Assembly: GCA_019244185.1 (NCBI GenBank)
Contig: JAFATB010000014.1
Location: forward strand, 1 to 64,000
Source of the DNA: Acidobacteriota bacterium
GTDB lineage: Bacteria; Acidobacteriota; Thermoanaerobaculia; Gp7-AA8
DNA length: 64,000 bases
Direction: 5' to 3'
Below, piece after piece: positions 20,206-29,625 of the stretch. The notes under the pieces were generated by a model that made no database searches, had not been told where the DNA came from, and worked only from the letters and a program-made list of their open reading frames with translations. How positions within the stretch are numbered: the stretch's first letter is position 1; each line of letters starts with the position of its first letter. The position numbers and the translations under genes were made by a program.

Positions 20206-20241
20206 ACGGGGCGCGGTTCTTCCGACCGCGCCCCGTTTTTT
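20206..20241 (+). terminator. Intrinsic terminator of ftsZ/dcw
   Basis: 12-bp stem ACGGGGCGCGGT/ACCGCGCCCCGT followed by a T-run. Confidence 0.85.
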
Positions 20242-20248
20242 CGAGAGG

Positions 20249-21388
20249 ATGATCCGTCGCGCGCTGGCGAAGCGCTGGTTCGTATTTCTGGCCACGGTCG
20301 TGGTGCACGCGCTCTCCACGCGCGGGCGCGCGCTCGCCTCGCCGGACACCACGCTGTACATCCAGCTCAGCGACGGGTTTCTGCGCGGCGATCCGTCGCA
20401 GACGTTCACGACGGCGGCGGTGCGGTGGACCAAGACGCTGTATCTGCTGCTGCTCACCGGCGCGCGCGTCGCGGCGCCGGTGCACTGGATGGCGCTGATG
20501 GTCGCGTTCAATGTGATCTGCAGCGGCATCGTCGCCGTGCTGCTGGTCGGGATTGCGTTGCGCGCCAGTCGATCCGCGGCGGCGCCGCTCGTGGCGTGGC
20601 TGGCGTATCTCGGCTGCTACGAGCTCGTGCAGTGGCTGCCGTTCGTGCTCACGGACCTCATGTTCTGCGCCGCGGCGCTGGTGCCGTTCGCGCTGGTCGC
20701 GCGTCGCATTCTCGAGCCCGCGACACCGCCGCGGCCGTGGCTGCTCGCGATCTCGCTGGCGATCGCCTGTTTCTGCCGGCCGCCCGGCGCGCTGCTGATT
20801 CCGCTCGTGCTGTTCGCCGAGCTCGTGCTCGTGCGCCGCACGCTCTCCGTGCGCGCGGCCGCGGCGATCATCCTCGGCATTGCGGCCGCGGCCTTGATCG
20901 TCCGTACGGCGGTCGTCTACGAGCCGGCGCGGTGGCCGTTCCGCTTCGTGCGGCCGAAGCTCGAGGAGTTTTCGGGCCGCGAGAAGACAGGCGAAGTCGT
21001 CTACGATCGCAAGGAAACCTTTCGTCCGCCGCCGAAGACCGCCGCCGATCACGTGACCATCGAGGCCGATCGCTTCGCGCGTTTTTTTCAGTTCACGTCG
21101 TCCGCTTACTCGCGCGCGCACAACCTCACCAACGCTGTCTTCTTCGTCCCACTGTACGCGCTGGGGATCTTCGGCGCGATCGCGGCGATCCGCGGCGACG
21201 ATCGCCGGCGGCGCGCGTACGTCGCGGCGCTGCTCGTCTGGATCGGCGTGTACGCGTATTTTTTCGCGTTGACGGTGCTCGACTACGACTGGCGTTTCCG
21301 CGTGCCGCTCATCCCGCATTTCATCCTGCTCGCGGCCTGCGGTGTCGACGCGCTGGCGGTTCGCCGTCAGCCGATCGCGTCGAGATGA
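20249..21388 (+). CDS. Polytopic membrane protein, probable GT-C fold (ArnT/PMT-like) glycosyltransferase
   Basis: Many TM segments, N-terminal loop SPDTTLY, LTD and RPPG motifs, DWRFRVP near the C-terminus; GAGAGG RBS before ATG 20249. Confidence 0.6.
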   Translation: MIRRALAKRWFVFLATVVVHALSTRGRALASPDTTLYIQLSDGFLRGDPSQTFTTAAVRWTKTLYLLLLTGARVAAPVHWMALMVAFNVICSGIVAVLLVGIALRASRSAAAPLVAWLAYLGCYELVQWLPFVLTDLMFCAAALVPFALVARRILEPATPPRPWLLAISLAIACFCRPPGALLIPLVLFAELVLVRRTLSVRAAAAIILGIAAAALIVRTAVVYEPARWPFRFVRPKLEEFSGREKTGEVVYDRKETFRPPPKTAADHVTIEADRFARFFQFTSSAYSRAHNLTNAVFFVPLYALGIFGAIAAIRGDDRRRRAYVAALLVWIGVYAYFFALTVLDYDWRFRVPLIPHFILLAACGVDALAVRRQPIASR

Positions 21389-22230
21389 CGGAGCACCACG
21401 TCGCTCGCGCGCGTCGCCCGCTCCACGTCGAAGTAGCGGTCGTTGAATAGATTCACGATTTCGGCATGCAGCCGCGCGGCGACGGCGAACTTGCCGTGCG
21501 GCGCATAGTGGCGGCTGGCGAACAGTCCCGCATCGAAGAGCCGTTCGACGAGCCGTTCGGCGGCGGGCACGCGCAGGTTGAAACGCCACTGCTGGAACTC
21601 GGCGTCGAGTGCGACGTGAGCCGGCAGGCGCCGCAGGTAGATCGCGTTCAGCGCTTCCTTCTGCGCCGCGGCGGCGTCGACAGCGCGCGAGACGCGACGA
21701 CGGTATTCGTCCCATGAGTCATCGGGAGGCGCGAGGTCGAGCCACGCGGGACCATGCGCGTCACGCGCGTACGGCAGCCGTTCGCGGAGGAACGCGAAGC
21801 CGCCGCGGCCGAGGTCCGCGTACTTTGCGTAACCGCTGCTGAAGAGCGAGACATCCGCGGGAGGGACGAGCGAGGTGCCGTCGAAGTCGGGACGCGCGAG
21901 GCAACGGTCATCGATGAGGACGAAGTCGGAGCGCAGCGCGCGCAACGCGTCGAACAGCGCGAGCGGCGGACGTTCGCTTCCGTACGGGCGGACGAAGAGC
22001 AGGCCCGCGTAGGCGCCGGGCTCCGCGCGTACGAGCTCGATGCAGCGATGCGCGTCGATCGCCAGCGAAAGCTCTTCGATGTCGACGAGCGAATAGGGCT
22101 GCCGCGCCGCGGCGAACGTCTCGATCACGACGGCGCAGACGTTCGCCGGCAGAAGAAACGGCCGCGGGTCGCCCAATCCGCGCAGGAGGTGAAAGAGGAT
22201 CGCCGACGCGCGGCGCTCGTACGCGATCAC
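21367..22230 (-). CDS. Shortened DegT/DnrJ-like (PLP-transferase fold) protein
   Basis: LLPANVC...V...F, IDDRCL, SLFSSGYAKYADLGRGG, LFASRHY, IVNLF resemble the sugar aminotransferase fold; only 287 aa. Confidence 0.6.
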   Translation of the reverse strand: MIAYERRASAILFHLLRGLGDPRPFLLPANVCAVVIETFAAARQPYSLVDIEELSLAIDAHRCIELVRAEPGAYAGLLFVRPYGSERPPLALFDALRALRSDFVLIDDRCLARPDFDGTSLVPPADVSLFSSGYAKYADLGRGGFAFLRERLPYARDAHGPAWLDLAPPDDSWDEYRRRVSRAVDAAAAQKEALNAIYLRRLPAHVALDAEFQQWRFNLRVPAAERLVERLFDAGLFASRHYAPHGKFAVAARLHAEIVNLFNDRYFDVERATRASDVVLRHLDAIG

Positions 22231-23363
22231 CGCCGCGGTCCCTCCCGGAGTTTCCGATGCGCGGTCTCGGACAGGAACCAGAATCGCGACTCACCGTCCG
22301 GAAATGCGGAGACGCGTTCGAGGCGCTCGATCTCGCGCGCGGCGTTCGCCGGCGTCGCCGCATCGTCGTCGAAGCCGGCGCGTACGATCGTGTATGGCTC
22401 GCGGAACGCGCGCAGGACGCGTGTCGCGTCGGTATCCCCGAGCGAGCTCTCGTAGCCGAGCAGCCGCAACTCCGGAAGGCACGCAGCTTCGACGTACCGC
22501 GCCACGTCGTCCGGCAGCGTATCGCGATAGCGCGAGACACTGGCGCCGGAGACGCCGTCGTGGTCCGCGAACGACGAGTTCCCGCGCCAGCGCTGCCCAT
22601 CCGCATCGACGAGCTCTTCGCGCGCCTGCATGGTGCCGAGCTCCAAACGGTCGCCCAGCCGCGCGAGCTCCGCGGACGGGTCGTCCACGAGGTCCTCGTA
22701 ACGACACCAGTGAAAGCGCGGCTCACTTTCGAGCGACAGCGCGATGGCGACGCTCTTGCGCCAGTTGCGAATGTTGAAGAGCGTCGGCTTGAGTTCGCCG
22801 CCAAATTCACGTCCGCGTCCGTGATTGAGCGACGCGAGGACATCGCGCGGATCGCGAATGATGATCGCGCAGCGGAAACCGCGGCTGCACAGTGCGGGCA
22901 TGTACTCCTCGCTCACGGTTTCCTTGAGGCCGCAGAACGGCGCGGAGGGGTCCGGCGCGAGCGCGCGTGCGAGCGAGGAGATCACGGCGGCAAAGTCGGA
23001 GTCGCGTGGCAGCGACGCGAGTGCGGTGCCGACCGTTTCGGTGTCGAACCGCGCGTACTGGCCGGAGTAGCTTCGCATCGCCGCGAACTGGGCGGCCAGT
23101 GTTTCCGCGTTCGTTCGCCACGATGCGAGAAATGCCGCGAAACCGGCCGCTGTGTAGCGGCGTTCGTGAAACAGATGACCGAGCGGATAGGAGTCGCCTC
23201 CGCCGTCATCGAGCGTGCCGAGGAATGCCCGTTTGGTTTCGACGAAGAGGAACGGGAACGGCTGCGAGAGCATCGAGACCTGCGGCTGCATCCCGAGCAG
23301 CTTCTCGAGCAGCGTCGTACCGGATCGCTGGGCGCCGGAAACAAAGACCGCTCCGTCGATCAT
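22227..23363 (-). CDS. PAPS-dependent sulfotransferase
   Basis: FVSGAQRSGTTLL (5'-PSB) and IIRDPRDVLAS (3'-PB); start ATG 23363 overlaps the wbqC-like stop. Confidence 0.88.
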   Translation of the reverse strand: MIDGAVFVSGAQRSGTTLLEKLLGMQPQVSMLSQPFPFLFVETKRAFLGTLDDGGGDSYPLGHLFHERRYTAAGFAAFLASWRTNAETLAAQFAAMRSYSGQYARFDTETVGTALASLPRDSDFAAVISSLARALAPDPSAPFCGLKETVSEEYMPALCSRGFRCAIIIRDPRDVLASLNHGRGREFGGELKPTLFNIRNWRKSVAIALSLESEPRFHWCRYEDLVDDPSAELARLGDRLELGTMQAREELVDADGQRWRGNSSFADHDGVSGASVSRYRDTLPDDVARYVEAACLPELRLLGYESSLGDTDATRVLRAFREPYTIVRAGFDDDAATPANAAREIERLERVSAFPDGESRFWFLSETAHRKLREGPRR

Positions 23364-24058
23364 GCGTTCTCGCCGCGCCAGCCCCAGATGAAGCGCGGCG
23401 CGTCCGGCCCGGTGTGAAAGAGCAGATCGAGGATGGTCACCTCGTGCACGAACGGCGGATGGAGTTGCTCGTACTCGGGGTAGCCGGCGTAATCCTTCCA
23501 ACGCAGCTCGATCGTCTCCGCGGCGAAGCGATCGGCATCGAGATACGTCTGCGCCGCGGGACCGGAGACGTACGTCGTCGCGCCGGTTTGTCGCAGAATC
23601 TCGAGCACGCGTTCCTGTTTCTTTCCCTGCAGTGCGAGCTCGCGCGTGTCGAGAAAGCGCGTCTGCAATCCGAGCTGTTGCGCGATCGTGCGGATCGCGT
23701 GTTGATTCAGCTCCGACAGCGATCGAGCGCTTCCGCCGTAGATCTCATCGAGCAGCGGGCGAAAGGCGGCGAAGAACGGCGCGCGTTGATACGCGGCCGT
23801 CAGTCGTTGCCGGTGTGCGCGCATCCAGTCGTTCGCCGGAAGCGGGACGTCGCAGATCCGCCGCCGTTCGTCGCCGCCGACCGGGATCGTCAGCCAGGCG
23901 GTTCCGGCCGGCGTTTTGATGCGGTTGCGGTTCCGCCAGTCCTGCCTGGTGTACTGCACGTCGTCATGGAAGATGAACTCGTCGACGTCGTGGATAATGT
24001 CGAAGTATCCCTTCCATGGAATGTAGCTCGATTGCAGGATCGCGACGCGTTTCGGCAT
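23360..24058 (-). CDS. WbqC-family protein (putative glycyltransferase for amino sugars)
   Basis: AILQSSYIPWKGYFD, DDVQY...WRNRNRIKT, YVSGPAA, ILDLLF. Confidence 0.92.
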   Translation of the reverse strand: MPKRVAILQSSYIPWKGYFDIIHDVDEFIFHDDVQYTRQDWRNRNRIKTPAGTAWLTIPVGGDERRRICDVPLPANDWMRAHRQRLTAAYQRAPFFAAFRPLLDEIYGGSARSLSELNQHAIRTIAQQLGLQTRFLDTRELALQGKKQERVLEILRQTGATTYVSGPAAQTYLDADRFAAETIELRWKDYAGYPEYEQLHPPFVHEVTILDLLFHTGPDAPRFIWGWRGENA

Positions 24059-24079
24059 GGGACCGAGGCTTTCGAGTAT

Positions 24080-25015
24080 ATGCGTGAACCAGCGGGTGAG
24101 CCGCGACTGGTGTCGGTGGTCGTGCCGGTGTACGACAGCCCCGCGATCGAGGAACTGACGTCGCGCATCGAGGGAGTCCTGTCCGCGCGCGGCGGCGACT
24201 ACGAGATCATTCTGGTCGACGACGCCTCGCGCGATCCGGCGATGTGGCCTGCGCTCCGGAAGCTGGCCGAAACGCGTGCAAACGTACGCGCCGTGCAGTT
24301 GTCGCGCAACTTCGGCCAGCAGGCGGCGACGCTATGCGGGCTGCGCGAATCGCGCGGCGACGTGGTGGTCACGCTCGACGACGACCTGCAGCACGATCCC
24401 GCCGACATCCCGCTGCTCCTCGCGCACGCCGGCCGCGACATTGTGATCGGCCAGTTCGCCACGCGCGAGCATTCGCTCCCGCGGCGCATCGGCAGCCGCG
24501 TCAAACGCATGTTCGACCGCCTGATCCTCGGCGCGCCGCGCGACGTGCAGTTCACCTCGTTCCGCCTGCTGAGCCGCACGGTCGTCGACGGCATGCTGTC
24601 GATCCGCACGCCGCATCCCTTCCTGCCCGCGCTCATGCTGCACGTCAGCCGCGATCTCGTCGGCGTGCCAGTGACGCATGGGAAACGTTCCGCGGGACGC
24701 AGCGGCTACACGCTGCGCAAGCTGGTGCGGCACTTCAGCAATCTGCTGATCAGTAACTCTTCGCTCCTGCTGCGCGCGGTCGCGTACGCCGGCGCGTCGC
24801 TGGCGGTGGTGAGCTTCATCCTCGCCGCCTGGGCAATCGAGCGCCGTCTGGTCAATCACGTGCACGCGCAGGGCTGGACGTCGCTGTTCGCGGCGCTGTT
24901 GCTGATCGGCGGTCTGCTGCTCTTCAGCGTCGGACTGATCGGCGAGTACCTGATCCGCATCGTCGAAACGACCGAGGCGAAGCCGACGTACATCGTGCGC
25001 CGGCGGACCGGCTGA
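24080..25015 (+). CDS. GT2 polyprenyl-phosphate glycosyltransferase (ArnC/GtrB-like)
   Basis: SVVVPVY, LVDDAS, LSRNFGQQAA, TLDDDLQHDP, two C-terminal TMs with GLIGEYL. Confidence 0.92.
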   Translation: MREPAGEPRLVSVVVPVYDSPAIEELTSRIEGVLSARGGDYEIILVDDASRDPAMWPALRKLAETRANVRAVQLSRNFGQQAATLCGLRESRGDVVVTLDDDLQHDPADIPLLLAHAGRDIVIGQFATREHSLPRRIGSRVKRMFDRLILGAPRDVQFTSFRLLSRTVVDGMLSIRTPHPFLPALMLHVSRDLVGVPVTHGKRSAGRSGYTLRKLVRHFSNLLISNSSLLLRAVAYAGASLAVVSFILAAWAIERRLVNHVHAQGWTSLFAALLLIGGLLLFSVGLIGEYLIRIVETTEAKPTYIVRRRTG

Positions 25016-25029
25016 TCGGAAAGAGCCGA

Positions 25030-26187
25030 TCAGAAGTCGAGAACGGCGTCGATGACGCGCGTTTGTTCGTCGGCGGTGAGCGTCGTGAACAGCGGAAGCC
25101 GCACGATGCGCTCGCTCACCGATTCGGCGACGGGACACTGTCCGGGACGGCCGCCGAACTGCGCGCCCATCGGCGACAGATGCAGCGGAAGGTAGTGAAA
25201 GATCGCCTGGATGTGGCGGCGCCGCAGATGCGCGATCAGCGCCTGCCGCTCGCCGAGCGACGGCATGAGGATGCGGAAGAGATGATGCGACGAGCCGCAG
25301 CGCTCGGGAACGTGCGGCAGTTCCGCGCCGCGCGCCGCGGCCCATTCCGCGAGCGCGTTCCGATAGCGGAGCCAGAGACGCTGCCGCTCGGCCTGGATGC
25401 GCTCGTGCCGTTCGAGCTGCGCGAGGAGAAACGCGGCGAGGAGGTCCGACGGCACGTAGCTCGATCCGACGTCGAGCCAGGTGTACTTGTCGACTTCGCC
25501 GCGAAAGAATCGCGAGCGGTCCGTGCCCTTCTCCCGCAGCACCTCGGCGCGCGCGGCGAAGCGCGGATCGTTGATCGCGAGAGCGCCGCCTTCGCCGCAG
25601 AAGACATTCTTGGTCTCGTGGAAGCTCAGCGCGCTCATCGCGCCGAACGTGCCGAGCGGACGGGAGTCGTACGTGCCGAACAGGCCGTGCGCGTTGTCTT
25701 CGACGACCTCCGCGCCGGCGCGCTGCGCGATCCGCACGATCGCGTCCATGGCGCAGCCGACGCCGGCGTAGTGCACCGGCACGATGGCGCGGGTGCGTTC
25801 GGTGATGGCCTCTGCCAGCAGCCGTTCGTCGAGGTTGAGCGTGTCGGGACGGATGTCGGCGAAGACCGGACGCGCGCCGCGCAGCACGAAGGCATTCGCG
25901 GTCGACACGAACGTGAACGACGGGACGATGACTTCGTCGCCCGGCCGGATGTCGAGGAGCAGCGCCGCCATCTCCAGCGCGTGCGTGCACGAGGTCGTCA
26001 GCAGCACGCGCGCATCGTTCAGCAGCTGCGACAGCACCGCCTCGCATCGGCGGCTGTAAACGCCGTCGCCGGAGAGATGGCCGCGCGCGATTGCGTCGTG
26101 CACGTACTCCATCTCGTTTCCGATGAGCGACGGACGGTTGAACGGGATCGACGAAGCGATCGCCAGGCTTTCAGCTGCGGTGCTCAT
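25030..26187 (-). CDS. wecE: dTDP-4-amino-4,6-dideoxygalactose transaminase (WecE/RffA family)
   Basis: IPFNRP, LLTTSCTHALEM, PVHYAGV, SFHETKN, REKGTDRSRFFRGEVDKYTW, FHYLPLH. Confidence 0.92.
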   Translation of the reverse strand: MSTAAESLAIASSIPFNRPSLIGNEMEYVHDAIARGHLSGDGVYSRRCEAVLSQLLNDARVLLTTSCTHALEMAALLLDIRPGDEVIVPSFTFVSTANAFVLRGARPVFADIRPDTLNLDERLLAEAITERTRAIVPVHYAGVGCAMDAIVRIAQRAGAEVVEDNAHGLFGTYDSRPLGTFGAMSALSFHETKNVFCGEGGALAINDPRFAARAEVLREKGTDRSRFFRGEVDKYTWLDVGSSYVPSDLLAAFLLAQLERHERIQAERQRLWLRYRNALAEWAAARGAELPHVPERCGSSHHLFRILMPSLGERQALIAHLRRRHIQAIFHYLPLHLSPMGAQFGGRPGQCPVAESVSERIVRLPLFTTLTADEQTRVIDAVLDF

Positions 26188-26213
26188 GCGCCGATGCCAG
26201 AATAGCGGAAAAG

Positions 26214-26828
26214 ATGCACCGCACTAAGGGTCTGTATCGCGTGCTGGAGCGGCCGTCGGTCTACGAGCGATTTCAGAAAATGCTCGGAGCGGATCGCGTG
26301 CGCGCGCGCTTCGTCGAAGAGTTTCTCCGGCCCTTCGCGGGCGCGCGGCTCATCGACGCCGGCTGCGGCACCGGCTCGCTGCTCGACTATCTGCCCGCCG
26401 GCGTCGAGTACGTCGGCTTCGATCCGAATCCGCGTTACATCGAGGCCGCGCGCGCGCGATACGGCGCGCGCGGCACGTTCTTTTGCGCGCGCACGAGCGA
26501 AACGGCGCCGTTCGAGGAGGCCGCGTTCGACATCGTGGTGGCGAAATCGCTCCTGCATCACCTCAGCGACGGCGATGCGCACGCGCTGCTCGCGTCGGCG
26601 CGGCGCTGGCTGCGGCCGGGCGGCGCGTTCGTGTCGAGCGACGGCGTCGTGCACGCGCGGCAGCGAACGATCGCCCGTCTCCTCACGGCGCTCGACCGCG
26701 GCGCCAACGTGCGCACTCCGGAAGGATATCGCGCGCTCGCGACGCCGTACTTTTTGCACGTCGAGAGCTGGCTGATGAGCGACATGGCGGCGATTCCGTA
26801 CGATCACTTCATCCTGCGCGCGAGCTGA
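26214..26828 (+). CDS. Class I SAM-dependent methyltransferase
   Basis: LIDAGCGTG, FDIVV, LLHHL, LRPGG. Confidence 0.9.
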   Translation: MHRTKGLYRVLERPSVYERFQKMLGADRVRARFVEEFLRPFAGARLIDAGCGTGSLLDYLPAGVEYVGFDPNPRYIEAARARYGARGTFFCARTSETAPFEEAAFDIVVAKSLLHHLSDGDAHALLASARRWLRPGGAFVSSDGVVHARQRTIARLLTALDRGANVRTPEGYRALATPYFLHVESWLMSDMAAIPYDHFILRAS

Positions 26829-26832
26829 ATCG

Positions 26833-27750
26833 ATGCAGCTCGTGCGCACACGCCGGCGGCATCTCTCCGGAACAGAGCTCATCGACGCAACGGATGCGTG
26901 TCCGATCTGCGGCGCGACGGAGACTCGGAGCGGATCGGTTCGCCTGCAGCGAGATCCGGACGTCGTGTTGCTCGTCTGTCCGCGTTGCCGCGGCGCGTCT
27001 GCCTCGCACATGCCGCGAGCCGCGGTGCTGGAGCGCTACTACGCGACCTACTACGATGGCCACGAACGCGAAGTGACGATTGCGAACCCCGCGCAGCTGG
27101 CGCGGCGCATCGTGCGCACCTTGCCGCGCGCTGCATTCGGCGAGCGCGTGCGGATCCTCGACTTCGGCGGCGGCGACGGCAGCGTTGCGACGGCGGTCGC
27201 AGCGACTTCGATCGCGCATGGGCCGGCGCGATTCGCGGAGATCGTGGTGGTCGATTTCGCGGAGCGGCCGCCGCGAACGTCCGCGACGATCGCGGTTCGT
27301 CATCAGTCACCCGAGGCGCCGCTCGACGGGACGTTCGATCTCGTGCTCGCAAGCGCGGTGCTCGAGCACATCCCCGAACTGCAGCGCGTTCTCCGTATGC
27401 TGTACGCGCACATCGGCGTGCGCGGTTTCTTCTACGCGCGGACGCCGTACGCGCTTCCGCTGGTACGCGTCTGGCCTTCCTTCGACCTCGGCTATCCGGC
27501 ACACGTTCACGATCTCGGCAGCGGCTTCTGGAACCGCGTCGGCACGACGTTCGGCTGGCAACTCGAGACGATCGCGTCGCGACCTTCACCGGTCGCTGCG
27601 TCGCTGCGCGCCGATCCGCTGCGCGCCATCGCTGCCGCGCTGCTCAAGATGCCGGCGTCGCTCGAGAATCGCCTTTCGCCGCGTGCGCGGCGCGACCGCT
27701 GGTGGAACCTCGTCGGCGGATGGGAAGTGCTCCTGCAGCGTCGCGCGTGA
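26833..27750 (+). CDS. Class I SAM-dependent methyltransferase with N-terminal Zn-binding CxxC pairs
   Basis: CPICG...CPRCR, ILDFGGGDG, FDLVLASAVLEHI. Confidence 0.85.
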   Translation: MQLVRTRRRHLSGTELIDATDACPICGATETRSGSVRLQRDPDVVLLVCPRCRGASASHMPRAAVLERYYATYYDGHEREVTIANPAQLARRIVRTLPRAAFGERVRILDFGGGDGSVATAVAATSIAHGPARFAEIVVVDFAERPPRTSATIAVRHQSPEAPLDGTFDLVLASAVLEHIPELQRVLRMLYAHIGVRGFFYARTPYALPLVRVWPSFDLGYPAHVHDLGSGFWNRVGTTFGWQLETIASRPSPVAASLRADPLRAIAAALLKMPASLENRLSPRARRDRWWNLVGGWEVLLQRRA

Positions 27751-27782
27751 ACGAAAACGGCCGCCGGAATCCGGCGGCCGTT
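27751..27782 (-). terminator. Intrinsic terminator between convergent genes
   Basis: AACGGCCGCCGG-AAT-CCGGCGGCCGTT, with the T-tract on the minus strand. Confidence 0.75.
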
Positions 27783-27804
27783 CGCAAAACACGATGGCGG
27801 TTGG

Positions 27805-29625
27805 TTACTTCGGAAGGTTGTTCTCGCGTTCCACTTCGAAGTCGAGATAGCCCTTGCGGATGCCCTGTACGAAGTAGTCGAACTCGGCATCGGGCGCGCC
27901 GTCGGCCACTTTGATGACGACCTTTTCCGGCGTCTTCTCGGCGACGTAGAGCTGACCCGGAGCGCCGACCGGCGTGATCTGGACGGTCATTCTCTCGGTC
28001 TCGGTGATGCGGGAGAAGTAACCCGGGAGCTGGATGACGACTTTTCCGTCGACGGTCTTCGCGGTGCCGCGATAGTACGTGCCCGCCTCGGGGCCTTCGA
28101 GCGCCGCGTAGTAGATGGCCTTCTTCGAGTCGGCCGGATCGACGACCGCGAAGTTCTTCGTGCCGCCGGTGACGGTGAAGTTGCCGGTGACGGTCACGCC
28201 ACCCGTGGCGCCGATCTCGAGACGATTCGTGGAGTTGGTGCCGAGCACGAGGTTCGTCGCGTTCGCGGTGCCGACGATCAGACCATTGCCGGCGGAGCCG
28301 AGGAACTCAGCCCAGCCGCCGAGGGTCTTGCCGAAACGGCTCAGCGTGCGCGCGCTGCTGTGCGCCTGGAAGCTGACGGTCGCGGTGTCGCTCTTGGCCT
28401 GGAAAGCCGCGTTCGCGCTCGTGCCGGTGGTGCTGGGGTTCTCGATGAGCGAGATGAGGTTCGCGTCGACGTCCTTGTATGCGTGCACCCACTGGCTCGG
28501 CGAGGCCGTACCGATGCCGACGTTGCCGCTGGCGGCGATGTCGATGGAGCTCGTCGGCGCGCCCGGACGGACGCGGAGCGGGAGCTTGGAGCCGCCGGTG
28601 AGGTCGCGGACGAACCAGTTCGCCTCGTTCGCGCCGATGTCCCACGTCTGCGCGGTGAAGCCGCTGGAGTTGGTCTGCTCGAAGCGGATGGCCGGCGTGT
28701 CGCCGGTGGTGATGTGGAGGTCGAGGAGCGGGTTGGAGTTGCGGAAGCCGATCTTGCCCGTGCTGTCGATGTAGATCGAGTTCGTCGGCGACGCCGCTTC
28801 GATGTTGAGGATCGTCTTCGAGTTCGTGACGTCATCGATCGAGAAGCGGTTCGCGCCGCCGCTGGTCGTGTCGTTCGCGGTCAGCGACCAGCTGACGTTC
28901 GGATAACCCGCCGACGTGCTCGTGTCGTCGAAGTTGATGCGGAGGTTGTTCTCTTTGAGGCGGATCGTATCGAAGCCGAACGACTCGTTGTTGACGCAGT
29001 CGAAGCCGAAGCAGCCGGAGCCCTGCACGATGAGGTCATCGGCGATGACGTTGTCGTTGACGACCGGCGTCAGCGACGGATGCGATGCGTTGCCGGACGC
29101 CGGAGCGGTGGTGCCGCTGCCGTTCGAGGCGATCGGGCGCTGCGGCCCGCGGCTGACCGGCTCCTGCATGTTCGGATCGAGGATCGAGCCGTTGACGACG
29201 GTGAACGTTCCCGACTGGACGGCGGGGTTGCCGAGGCCGTTCGCGGTGATGATGCGGTGGATCGCCTCATCGTCGTTGTTTGCGCGCGCGTCGATGAGCT
29301 GCTGGCGCACGGACGCGGAGACCTGCGGCATCGCGCGCAGCTCGTAGTGATACGCGCCGTCCGCGATCGGCTTTCCGGCCATGTCCTGCAGGCGGAACGA
29401 GGGCGTCGTGCCGGCGGCGAAGTCGCGCGAGAAGGTGTCGTGATTCGGCGTGACGACGATCAGCTGATAGTGATCGACGCCCGACGCGTTGGCCTGCCAC
29501 TGGATCGAACTGCCGCCCGCGGTGGGGCGCGCGATCTCCCGGGCCGTGTCACCGGCGAAGAGTGGAGCGGCGATGGAGAGCGTGAATAAGAATGCGGTAC
29601 CAAGTTTGAGAGAGCGCTTCATCAC
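27805..29625 (-). CDS. Secreted tail-fibre-like beta-rich protein
   Basis: Signal peptide; GSGCFGFDC, GKIGFRNSNP and GNVGIGTASP fibre-type motifs; C-terminal LEGPEAGTYYRG...LPGYF...TVQITP domain; GGAGG RBS. Confidence 0.75.
   Translation of the reverse strand: MMKRSLKLGTAFLFTLSIAAPLFAGDTAREIARPTAGGSSIQWQANASGVDHYQLIVVTPNHDTFSRDFAAGTTPSFRLQDMAGKPIADGAYHYELRAMPQVSASVRQQLIDARANNDDEAIHRIITANGLGNPAVQSGTFTVVNGSILDPNMQEPVSRGPQRPIASNGSGTTAPASGNASHPSLTPVVNDNVIADDLIVQGSGCFGFDCVNNESFGFDTIRLKENNLRINFDDTSTSAGYPNVSWSLTANDTTSGGANRFSIDDVTNSKTILNIEAASPTNSIYIDSTGKIGFRNSNPLLDLHITTGDTPAIRFEQTNSSGFTAQTWDIGANEANWFVRDLTGGSKLPLRVRPGAPTSSIDIAASGNVGIGTASPSQWVHAYKDVDANLISLIENPSTTGTSANAAFQAKSDTATVSFQAHSSARTLSRFGKTLGGWAEFLGSAGNGLIVGTANATNLVLGTNSTNRLEIGATGGVTVTGNFTVTGGTKNFAVVDPADSKKAIYYAALEGPEAGTYYRGTAKTVDGKVVIQLPGYFSRITETERMTVQITPVGAPGQLYVAEKTPEKVVIKVADGAPDAEFDYFVQGIRKGYLDFEVERENNLPK

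Noticed and set aside
27805-29625. Prophage remnant
   Set aside because: Only one fibre-like gene, with a signal peptide and host-like codons; no integrase, capsid, terminase or att-like features.
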